In this document: positions 38,762 to 46,447 of the stretch, in pieces
Numbering within the stretch: the stretch's first letter is position 1
How the letters are laid out: the number at the start of each line of letters is the position of its first letter
Assembly (NCBI GenBank): GCA_048938895.1
Contig: JBHLLU010000032.1
Location: forward strand, 1-46,447
DNA from: Promethearchaeota archaeon
GTDB taxonomy: Archaea > Asgardarchaeota > Lokiarchaeia > Sigyniarchaeales > SOKP01
DNA length: 46,447 nucleotides
Direction of reading: 5' to 3'
Position numbers and translations under genes: made by a program
The notes under the pieces: model-generated
Told to the model about the DNA's origin: nothing
The model's database searches: none
Seen by the model: only the letters and a program-made list of their open reading frames with translations

Positions 38762-38971
38762 TTAGTCTTCGTAATCTTCTTCCATTAACTTTTCGATTTT
38801 CTCTTCTAATTCCTCTACTTTCGCCGAAAGCGCCTCTATCTTCTTGTATGACTCACATCTCTCACAGCCGTCATCTTCTTCGCATATAGGCAAGGTATCA
38901 CATTTCTCTTCAAGAGCATCTATTTCTTCTAGTAATTTATCAACTTGGTCTTCGAGATCGTCAATACTCAT
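38762..38971 (-). CDS. Small acidic coiled-coil protein with central 4-Cys cluster
   Basis: Heptad arms flanking C-x5-C-x5-C-x2-C; ATG with an upstream GGTG SD-like motif. Confidence 0.75.
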   Translation of the reverse strand: MSIDDLEDQVDKLLEEIDALEEKCDTLPICEEDDGCERCESYKKIEALSAKVEELEEKIEKLMEEDYED

Positions 38972-39130
38972 AATTCACACCTAATTTGTTAAATTAATTA
39001 AAGATGTCCTAATTTAATTCTTTTTTGCTTTATATTTTTGATTTTACCGAACTAATTAAATTATGATAATTTAAAGAATTTGCATATTTATTTATATCAA
39101 TCAATAAATAATTCCCTATTATAATTTTTA

Positions 39131-39811
39131 TTATTCCATTCCTGAGATTTCAGGTGTATCTGGAATTTGATCTTCCAATTTACGGATTATTTTAATATTT
39201 CTTTTATAAAACTTAACAGAATCTTTAATTAACACAATTGCTTCTTTAGGGATATCTTCCTCATCTATTTCAATATCTGTGATCATGAAATCTAACCCTA
39301 CTGTTAATTTATATGATTCTTCAAATTCTTTATTTACAAATATATCAATTAAAGAGGATTTTCCTACAGCTGCAGCACCTACAAGTAAAATTTTAAAACG
39401 AAAGTGATCAGATTCAATAACTTCCCCCAACCGTGGTTTAAAATCTAATAATGCGGTTAAAGACAATCGATAAAATAATTTCTCAACATTAATATTTTCT
39501 AATGCTGAAGTTTCAATATATTCAAACAGATTATGTTGATTTACCATTTGCGTTATCCTTTCACGAGGAATAGTTTCTCCAATATCTTTTTTCAAATCAC
39601 ATTTATTTCCTGCTAAGATAATTGGAATATTTCCAGAACGTTCTCTTATATCATCAAAAGATTCATCTATAGATTCAAAAGTATCAGGTCGAGACAAATC
39701 GAAAACTAACCCTACCGCTGCAACACCTTTAAAAAAATCCGTTTTAAAGAACTCAAACCGTTCTTGACCCGCTATATCCCACAGACTGAGAGTTAATTTC
39801 AAAGGCAACAA
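39131..39811 (-). CDS. Circularly permuted Rab-like GTPase (G3-G4-G5-G1-G2)
   Basis: WDIAGQERF (aa 11-19), NKCD (69-72), ETSA (100-103), then GAAAVGKS (145-152) and TVGLDF (170-175). Confidence 0.88.
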   Translation of the reverse strand: MLPLKLTLSLWDIAGQERFEFFKTDFFKGVAAVGLVFDLSRPDTFESIDESFDDIRERSGNIPIILAGNKCDLKKDIGETIPRERITQMVNQHNLFEYIETSALENINVEKLFYRLSLTALLDFKPRLGEVIESDHFRFKILLVGAAAVGKSSLIDIFVNKEFEESYKLTVGLDFMITDIEIDEEDIPKEAIVLIKDSVKFYKRNIKIIRKLEDQIPDTPEISGME

Positions 39812-39855
39812 CCATAGTTTCTATTAATAATATAAATTACCATTGACTTTTTAGT

Positions 39856-40596
39856 TTAATTATTTGAAGAATTTTCTAAAGAATGCGGAATTGATGATTC
39901 CCAGATACCAATATATTCGTCTAATAAACGATAATTATGGTTAAATCCCATAGTTTTAAAAAATTCTTTTAAACCCATTAAATCAAAACCCCATTTACTT
40001 CTTTTGTGATAAGGATTGATTCCATCATTGTCCAGGAAAAAAAAATCAATAATTTTGTAAATTGGTAATGGAAGAAATTTTCCAAAATAAACAATTAGTT
40101 TGAATAATTTATCTCGAGGGTTGATGTCCGTTGGTTTTACAGCATAAGGTTCACAAACGATAATTTTCTGAGTATAATTTTTCGCCAGATTAATTAGTTC
40201 TACGTGTTTTGGAAAAATATGATGTAAAATGTCTGAAATTACAATTACATCAAACATCTTCCCGTTATAATCTTTGAAATCGAATATGTCTCTGTGCTTC
40301 AAGGTAATTTTTTCGAGTTTAATATTCCTCTTCTTTAATTCCTTTTTTCTAATGTGTTTCAAAAACCGTTGATTTAGATCAATTCCTTCATATTCAATAA
40401 AGGGATGTAAGAAGCGCATTAAATATCCGGTACCACAAGGCAAGTCTAAAATTTTCTGTGGTCCTTTACCAATCAGATGTGCGATAGTAAGGAACTTTTT
40501 ATCTTGATCATAAAGTCTTCTTGTAATTGCATTATAAAGCCATCCGCTTCTATACATTAAACTTTTGAAACTGTGTAGAGTAGAATTTATTACCAT
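39856..40596 (-). CDS. Class I SAM-dependent methyltransferase
   Basis: ILDLPCGTG, GIDLN, FDVIVISDILHH. Confidence 0.88.
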   Translation of the reverse strand: MVINSTLHSFKSLMYRSGWLYNAITRRLYDQDKKFLTIAHLIGKGPQKILDLPCGTGYLMRFLHPFIEYEGIDLNQRFLKHIRKKELKKRNIKLEKITLKHRDIFDFKDYNGKMFDVIVISDILHHIFPKHVELINLAKNYTQKIIVCEPYAVKPTDINPRDKLFKLIVYFGKFLPLPIYKIIDFFFLDNDGINPYHKRSKWGFDLMGLKEFFKTMGFNHNYRLLDEYIGIWESSIPHSLENSSNN

Positions 40597-40654
40597 ATTT
40601 AAAACAAAGAGATTAATCTTAGCACTAGTATAAAATAGTTTATTTTAAAATTTA

Positions 40655-41158
40655 TCATTTGATATTTCTTTCTAGGATTTCAAGCAAATCTTCTTCAAGG
40701 GTGGATTTTGGATTTTCTACAATAGTGCCAATGAGGTTACCATTATTCTTAAAGAAGTAAAATGTTGGTATTTTCTTTAGAGCAAATTTGGGGTTAAAAG
40801 CTTCAGGTGGAGAGCGCTTTTTATGCCAAGTAACTTCATCTTTTTTATGAAGAGCGTCAACCATTATTCCATAGAGTATTTTCAAATCTATATCATCAGA
40901 TTCCATCGATTTGATTATTTTAATCATTCTTGGCATGTTTTTATTGCAGTCTGGACACCAATCTGCTCCTAATGATACTATTTTTAACTTCTCATTCCTG
41001 TTTTTCAAAAGACTTTTAATTTTTCCTAAAGCATCTTGATTAGGTTCGTACGATTTATAATTAGATTCTATTTTATCTCCATATTTTTGTAAATAGTCAT
41101 CAGGACTCATTGTAGGAGATATAAGATCCTTCCATTTTAATTCTGATTTAACATTCAT
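40655..41158 (-). CDS. Thioredoxin-fold protein (WCPDC)
   Basis: GADWCPDC, KIPTFYF, GTIVENP; ATG 41158 preferred over the longer ORF-track start. Confidence 0.85.
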   Translation of the reverse strand: MNVKSELKWKDLISPTMSPDDYLQKYGDKIESNYKSYEPNQDALGKIKSLLKNRNEKLKIVSLGADWCPDCNKNMPRMIKIIKSMESDDIDLKILYGIMVDALHKKDEVTWHKKRSPPEAFNPKFALKKIPTFYFFKNNGNLIGTIVENPKSTLEEDLLEILERNIK

Positions 41159-41315
41159 ATCTACTAGAAAAATCTGTTTTCTTAAAAGAATTGCCTTATT
41201 GCACCATAATCCCTCATTAGAGCACAATAAATTAATAAAAATAAAGGGATAAAATGATAAATAAATCATGAATCAAAATTATAGATTAAAAAAAAAAATT
41301 AATTGGTGAATTAAA

Positions 41316-43157
41316 ATCATCTTTGCTTTCACAGGGAAATTATTAAATATTAATCTCACTACTAAAGAGATCTCAATCGAACCACTAAACGAAAACATAG
41401 CTAAAAACTTTTTAGGGGGTGCTGGTTATGCATGCCGTTATTTATATGATAAATTGGATAGAAATACCGACCCTCTTTCCCCTGAAAATATAATAATGAT
41501 AATGACCGGTCCATTAATGGGTACTTTCGCTCCGAATACTGGTAGATGGGTTGTATGTTCAAAATCTCCTTACACAGGAATATGGGGTGAATCCAATTGT
41601 GGTAGTTGGTTTGGAGCAGAAATAAAAAAGGCAGGCTATGATGGAATAATTATTTCTGGTTCTTCAGCTACTCCAGTATACGTTGAAATCAAAGATAATA
41701 AGGTAGAGATTAAGGATGCGGAATTTTTATGGGGAAAAGGAACCTATTATACGACAAAGAAACTCAAAGAGAGGTTTGGGAACAAAAAGGTAAGAGTTGC
41801 ATGTATTGGACCAGCTGGTGAGAATCTGGTTAAATTTGCTAATATTATTTCTGAAGAAAGAGCCGCTGGAAGAACTGGAATGGGAGCAATATTTGGGGCA
41901 AAAAAATTGAAAGCAATCATCGTAATGGGTAGTAATATAAAAGTAGAAGTAGCTGAGGAAGAAAATCTACAACTAGCCATAAAAAGTTCAAGAGAAAAGG
42001 TAAAATCTGCATTAAGTACTGAAGTTCTGAAAGCATTTGGTACCTCTAGTGGATTAGATATGTATAATGCTACAGGAGAACTGGATATTAAATATTTCAC
42101 TCAGTCTAATTGGGATAAAGCATCAAACATTTCAGGGGTCACAATGGCAGAGAAAATTTTAGTAAGCAATAGATTTTGTCATTCGTGTGTTATAGGATGT
42201 GGAAGAAGAGTAGCAATCAAGAACGGTGAATATAGGACTGAGGAGATTGAAGGACCTGAATATGAAACATTGGTAAGTTATGGGAGCCTTCTTTTGAATG
42301 ATAACTTAGAATCGATAGTGCACATTAATAAGAAATGTTTTGATTATGGAATTGATACAATAAGCTCTGGAGGAGTTATTGCTTGCTTAACTTATCATTT
42401 CAGTTTAGGAAATATAAAAACCGAGGATATTGATGAAATTAAACCAGAATGGGGAAATATTAGAACTGCAGAAAAAATATTGGAGAAAATTGTTTATAGA
42501 AAAGGAATAGGGGATATTCTTGCAGAAGGATCAAATACGTTTGCAGCAAAATTTAATATATCTCAAAATGAAATTGCTACGGTAAATGGATTAGAAGTTA
42601 CATATCATGATTTAAGATCAAATTTTGGAATGGCGATTGCTTATGGAATGGGGGGCGCTCATAAAGGACCTTCACATAATCTTTGCGATATGTATTATGT
42701 TTTAATGGGGGTCCCATTGGAGGAAATTGATGCTGCTACAACTACTTTAGATATTTATGTAGATAATGAAGAAATGGTAAAAACGTGTTCAAATGTAATG
42801 GATTACAGAGCGCTCTACAGCTCAATAATTATGTGCTCTTTTTGTAATCCTTTACCTTCTCAAGTTGCTGCTTTAATCCAGTATGCTACAGGATTAAAAT
42901 TCAGTATTAGTGAGGTTAAATTATATGGAGAGCGAATATTAAATATGAAACGTTTATTCAATATTAAGATGGGATTAAGAGCTAAAGATGATACACTACC
43001 TCAAATTTTATTAAAACCTTTTTCGGAGGGTGGTTCTAAAGGAAAAAGCCCTAATTTTGAAGAAATGAAGAGAATTTTTTATAAGATTCGAGATTGGGAT
43101 TTAGTTTCAGGAAAACCAAATGAGAATAAACTTAAAGCCTTAAATATCTATCCCTAA
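41316..43157 (+). CDS. aor: Aldehyde:ferredoxin oxidoreductase family (W/Mo-pterin)
   Basis: KSPYTG, GPAGEN, GRTGMGA..G.KKLKAI, CHSCVIGC, GPEYET, GIDTIS, SHN. The conserved N-terminus (FAFTGKLLNINL...FLGGAG) lies upstream of the ORF-track start and is bounded by TGA 41307. Confidence 0.93.
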   Translation: MIFAFTGKLLNINLTTKEISIEPLNENIAKNFLGGAGYACRYLYDKLDRNTDPLSPENIIMIMTGPLMGTFAPNTGRWVVCSKSPYTGIWGESNCGSWFGAEIKKAGYDGIIISGSSATPVYVEIKDNKVEIKDAEFLWGKGTYYTTKKLKERFGNKKVRVACIGPAGENLVKFANIISEERAAGRTGMGAIFGAKKLKAIIVMGSNIKVEVAEEENLQLAIKSSREKVKSALSTEVLKAFGTSSGLDMYNATGELDIKYFTQSNWDKASNISGVTMAEKILVSNRFCHSCVIGCGRRVAIKNGEYRTEEIEGPEYETLVSYGSLLLNDNLESIVHINKKCFDYGIDTISSGGVIACLTYHFSLGNIKTEDIDEIKPEWGNIRTAEKILEKIVYRKGIGDILAEGSNTFAAKFNISQNEIATVNGLEVTYHDLRSNFGMAIAYGMGGAHKGPSHNLCDMYYVLMGVPLEEIDAATTTLDIYVDNEEMVKTCSNVMDYRALYSSIIMCSFCNPLPSQVAALIQYATGLKFSISEVKLYGERILNMKRLFNIKMGLRAKDDTLPQILLKPFSEGGSKGKSPNFEEMKRIFYKIRDWDLVSGKPNENKLKALNIYP

Positions 43158-43215
43158 TAGATATTCATTTTTGAGGAAGAGTGTTCGCATAAATTCTTGA
43201 ATGCCTTGTTTTTGC

Positions 43216-43233
43216 AATTCGAAGCTTCGAATT
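43216..43233. repeat. Perfect 18-bp palindrome
   Basis: AATTCGAAGCTTCGAATT between the convergent aor and GTPase genes. Confidence 0.8.
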
Positions 43234-43768
43234 AAAAAACTTCTAAAACCTTATTCTTGTAGATAAGTCTTGTTAGAAGATCAAATATTTTTTGGACATT
43301 TTCTCCTGTTCTGGAGCTACACTCGACAAAGCCATCAGCTTTTTTCATATTTGCAATTTCCATTGCTTTTCTTGTTGATATTTCTTTAAGATGGATTAAA
43401 TCCGTCTTTCCGCCAACAAAAATAATAGGTAACTCATAATCAATCTCTTTTTCAACAATTTCAAACCACTCATCTACGTGAGCAAGTGAACCATAATTTG
43501 TAATATCATACATAAAAATGGCTCCATTAGCACCCCTGATGTAAGAAGGGAATAAGAATCTAAATCTTTCTTCTCCAGCAAAATCCCATATTTGGAGCTT
43601 TATATGATCTCCTTTCATTTCAACTGTTTTAAGCATAAAATCAACTCCTAGCGTCATTTGAATATCCTCTTTAAAAAGGTTGGTTAAATATCTGTGAGTA
43701 AGAGTAGTCTTTCCTGTTTGCGAATCTCCAAAAATAACTATTTTAAACGTGAAATCTGTTTCCGACAA
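43232..43768 (-). CDS. Rab/Ras-like small GTPase
   Basis: GDSQTGKT, TLGVDF, WDFAGEERF, GGKTD, CSS; TTG 43768 chosen by alignment to the neighbouring paralog. Confidence 0.93.
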   Translation of the reverse strand: MSETDFTFKIVIFGDSQTGKTTLTHRYLTNLFKEDIQMTLGVDFMLKTVEMKGDHIKLQIWDFAGEERFRFLFPSYIRGANGAIFMYDITNYGSLAHVDEWFEIVEKEIDYELPIIFVGGKTDLIHLKEISTRKAMEIANMKKADGFVECSSRTGENVQKIFDLLTRLIYKNKVLEVF

Positions 43769-43918
43769 CCCAAATACCTGATTCAAAATGGTTTTAGATC
43801 TAAATTAGCAAATTATGGTACGATAATGCTAATGTTAAATATAATATTGTTTTTACTCTTTAAAAAATTAACATTACATTACATCCATTCCTTAACAATT
43901 AATGGAATTTCCTTGAGA

Positions 43919-44461
43919 TTAACCTTGGGACCCTTTTAAACCTTTGTTTCTAAAAATAAGTTCAGCTAATTGTTCAAAAATGATTTGAATATTTTCTCCA
44001 GTTTTAGAACTACACTCCACAAAAAGATTAGCCTTTTTTGATTTTGCAATCTTTTTTGCTTTTCTTGTTGAAATTTCTTTAAGATGCCTTAAATCCGTCT
44101 TTCCCCCAACGAAGATTATAGGTAATTCATAAGGAATTTCATTTTTAACAATTTTAAACCAATCATCTACATGGGAAAGAGAGTTATAATTAGTAACATC
44201 ATACATGAATATGCCACCATTAGCTCCTTTAATATAAGAAGGTAAAAGATATCTAAATCTTTCTTCTCCTGCAAAATCCCAGATTTGGAGTTTTATATTC
44301 TCGCCTTGTACATTAACAGTTTTTAGTAAAAAATCAACACCTATAGTCATTTGAAAATCATCCTTGAAGATGTTAGTCATAAATCTATGTGCAAGTGTGG
44401 TTTTCCCTGTTTTTGCATCTCCAAAAATGACTATCTTAAAGGTATAATCGGAATCTGACAA
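43919..44461 (-). CDS. Rab/Ras-like small GTPase
   Basis: GDAKTGKT, TIGVDF, WDFAGEERF, GGKTD, CSSK; tandem paralog of the preceding gene. Confidence 0.93.
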   Translation of the reverse strand: MSDSDYTFKIVIFGDAKTGKTTLAHRFMTNIFKDDFQMTIGVDFLLKTVNVQGENIKLQIWDFAGEERFRYLLPSYIKGANGGIFMYDVTNYNSLSHVDDWFKIVKNEIPYELPIIFVGGKTDLRHLKEISTRKAKKIAKSKKANLFVECSSKTGENIQIIFEQLAELIFRNKGLKGSQG

Positions 44462-44614
44462 TTTATGACTTTTTAGCTGATTTTTGATTTCTATTAGATA
44501 ATTACTAAATAGAAGGGTGAAAGTTAATATTAAATATTACATAAAAATTACTCCTTAAAAATTTAACATTGTGGTCAACCATCTTAATAAAGAAAATTCA
44601 ATGAAATCTTTAAT

Positions 44615-46447
44615 TTAATCTTGAATCTCACCAATAAGCTTATTCAATAGAAATAAAGCCCCTGCTTTATTCAAAGGTTCATTGGAATTTCCACACTTTG
44701 GTGACATGATGCAGGCAGGACATCCGTTTTCAGTATTGCAGCTACATGTTTTAATTAACTTATATGCTGTTTTCATCAACTCATTTAGGTTAAAATAGAG
44801 CATTTCTGATATTCCAATACCTCCCCTATAAGCATCATAAATATAAATAATCGGTTGTTGTTTAATAGGATCGAAATCTATCGAAACACCTCCTAAATCC
44901 CATCTTGAAATTTGAGCAAAAGCTGGTGACATCGCAATCATGGCATGTTCAATCGCATGAACAGTCCCTCCAAGATCATACCCAGTAAGCTCCAACTCTT
45001 TTTGAAATTCAAATGGGATAGTGAACCATAAAGCCATTGACTCAAATGAAATGATTGGGATATTTTCTAATGGATGCCTTGAACGTATCTCTTGAGTTAG
45101 TGTATCAACTACCTTATAAGAATAATATTCGTGCTCGACTTTTACTTTTCCAAAGTAAATATCTAATGTGTTATTTAATCCTCCCTTACCTTGGTAAATA
45201 ACATCAAGTGCTGTAATGTCTGTATGCTTTAAGGATTGGGTATAGAAATCAACATTAGATTTCGTAAGGAATACCATTCTTTCTTCTAAATTGAGCTCTT
45301 CTACTATATAACTTTCCGCTTCATAAAGATAAACTGCCCCAGGATGCAAATCTCTAAAAACGAAGCTTTCATCTTCTACTGTTAAAAGTTCCTCTTTTGA
45401 TCCTGATCTTAGTATCACCTTATAAACTCTGGTTGAAAGATCATTTAAACCAAATTTTTCATTTGGAAAGAAATCACTATTCCAAAAATATCGTTCTCCT
45501 CTTTTCAAGAGTAATTTCTCTGAAACCAATTCTTCCAGATAATCTTTAAATAATTCTCTTTCTTGAATCCCAAACTCCATGTAATCTTCAAGTTTTATTG
45601 GTATTTCTTTAGCTCCACAGCATAAATGGTTTTTAATAATATATTTGTTATTCAGAGTAATGAGAATTTCTTCCTGTATAGGTCCAAATAACTGATTTGG
45701 GTTATGGATATAAAATAAATCTAACGGATCGGGCATTGGAATTAGTGTTGAAATAGAAAGAGCAGTTCCTCTTCCAGAACGTCCAATTTGTTGCTTAAAA
45801 CTTGATATGGTCCCAGGAAATCCCGAACTTATTGTAGCATCTAAAGAGCCGATATCTATTCCTAATTCAAGAGCATTAGTAGAACTTATCCCTAAAATCT
45901 GTTTATTCTTAAAATTTTGTTCTATTTCTCTTCTTCTTGATTTACTTATACCTGCGCGGTAACTATAAATTTTTTCTTTTAACTTAGGTATCTCTTCTCG
46001 AGCCCAAATGGCCTGTAATTCAGCCATTTTTCTTGATAGAGTAAATGTTAATGTCTGTATGCCCTGTTCGAATTTTAAATGGGTAATAAAAAGATTTTTA
46101 GTTTCTTGATGCGGAGAACGATACTTCTTTAAGAGATTATCATAAGGTAAGTCCCATAATATTACTTTTTTCGCTCCTGATGGAGAATCATCTCTATTCA
46201 CAACCTCAAATTGTTCTCCCACCAATGTTTCAGCAAATTTTTTGGGATTACAAATTGTTGCACTAGATAAAATCCATTGAGGTTTTACATCATAGGTCTC
46301 AAGCATTCTTTTCAATCTTCTCAAAAGAAAAGCAAAGTTTGATCCAAAGATTCCTCGATAAGTATGAATCTCGTCTAATACAATATATTTTAGATTTTGA
46401 CAAATTCTTCTCCATTTTTGCTTAAACCAAGGTAGATAAAAATGAAG
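44615..46447 (-). CDS. DEAD/DEAH-box helicase with DUF1998 (MrfA/Hrq1/SftH family), 5' end outside the window
   Basis: Frame open to the window edge with VLDEIHTYRGIFGS; SATI, TNALELGIDIG, QQIGRSGR, HAIEHA, YDAYRGGIG, CSC...GCPAC...C. Confidence 0.93.
   Translation of the reverse strand, partial: LHFYLPWFKQKWRRICQNLKYIVLDEIHTYRGIFGSNFAFLLRRLKRMLETYDVKPQWILSSATICNPKKFAETLVGEQFEVVNRDDSPSGAKKVILWDLPYDNLLKKYRSPHQETKNLFITHLKFEQGIQTLTFTLSRKMAELQAIWAREEIPKLKEKIYSYRAGISKSRRREIEQNFKNKQILGISSTNALELGIDIGSLDATISSGFPGTISSFKQQIGRSGRGTALSISTLIPMPDPLDLFYIHNPNQLFGPIQEEILITLNNKYIIKNHLCCGAKEIPIKLEDYMEFGIQERELFKDYLEELVSEKLLLKRGERYFWNSDFFPNEKFGLNDLSTRVYKVILRSGSKEELLTVEDESFVFRDLHPGAVYLYEAESYIVEELNLEERMVFLTKSNVDFYTQSLKHTDITALDVIYQGKGGLNNTLDIYFGKVKVEHEYYSYKVVDTLTQEIRSRHPLENIPIISFESMALWFTIPFEFQKELELTGYDLGGTVHAIEHAMIAMSPAFAQISRWDLGGVSIDFDPIKQQPIIYIYDAYRGGIGISEMLYFNLNELMKTAYKLIKTCSCNTENGCPACIMSPKCGNSNEPLNKAGALFLLNKLIGEIQD

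Noticed and set aside
3529-42100. Short antisense or overlapping ORFs in the track (3529, 8774, 11121, 13037, 13931, 17599, 18829, 19913, 20038, 21154, 23310, 24047, 25670, 26029, 28383, 30756, 31004, 34751, 35358, 41747)
   Set aside because: They lie within or opposite well-supported genes and carry no motifs; treated as shadow ORFs.
43694-43939. 81-aa plus-strand ORF between the tandem GTPases
   Set aside because: Overlaps both GTPases antisense and spans AT-rich intergenic DNA.
44615-46447. DUF1998 helicase as part of a DISARM/Druantia-type defence system
   Set aside because: No partner defence genes are visible, and the motifs fit the stand-alone MrfA/Hrq1 repair family. Upstream context is outside the window.
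1-46447. CRISPR arrays, tRNA genes, intact IS elements or integrases
   Set aside because: No regularly spaced repeats, cloverleafs or transposase/integrase motifs seen by eye.

Overview
AT-rich, gene-dense chromosomal segment of an archaeon, most likely an Asgard archaeon (Lokiarchaeia-like). The assignment is inferred from eukaryotic-signature genes (ribosomal protein eL22, five Rab/Ras-like small GTPases, longin/roadblock and TPR-longin proteins) alongside archaeal core genes (aIF2-gamma, aIF1A, Spt5, TFS, RecJ/GAN-like DHH protein, form III RuBisCO with ribose-1,5-bisphosphate isomerase, AOR). I found no CRISPR array, tRNA or intact mobile element. Four observations stand out. (1) An apparently circularly permuted 5S rRNA gene (~22405-22563): its 3' half precedes its 5' half, helix I is closed by a 2-nt linker, helix IV carries an expansion, and a perfect 14-bp terminal stem encloses the unit. 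(2) A Rab-like GTPase with motif order G3-G4-G5-G1-G2 (39131-39811). (3) Three genes that seem to need ATT/ATC start codons behind a GGTGA Shine-Dalgarno motif. (4) aIF2-gamma with an N-terminal helix-hairpin-helix domain. All calls come from reading motifs by eye; no database searches were run.
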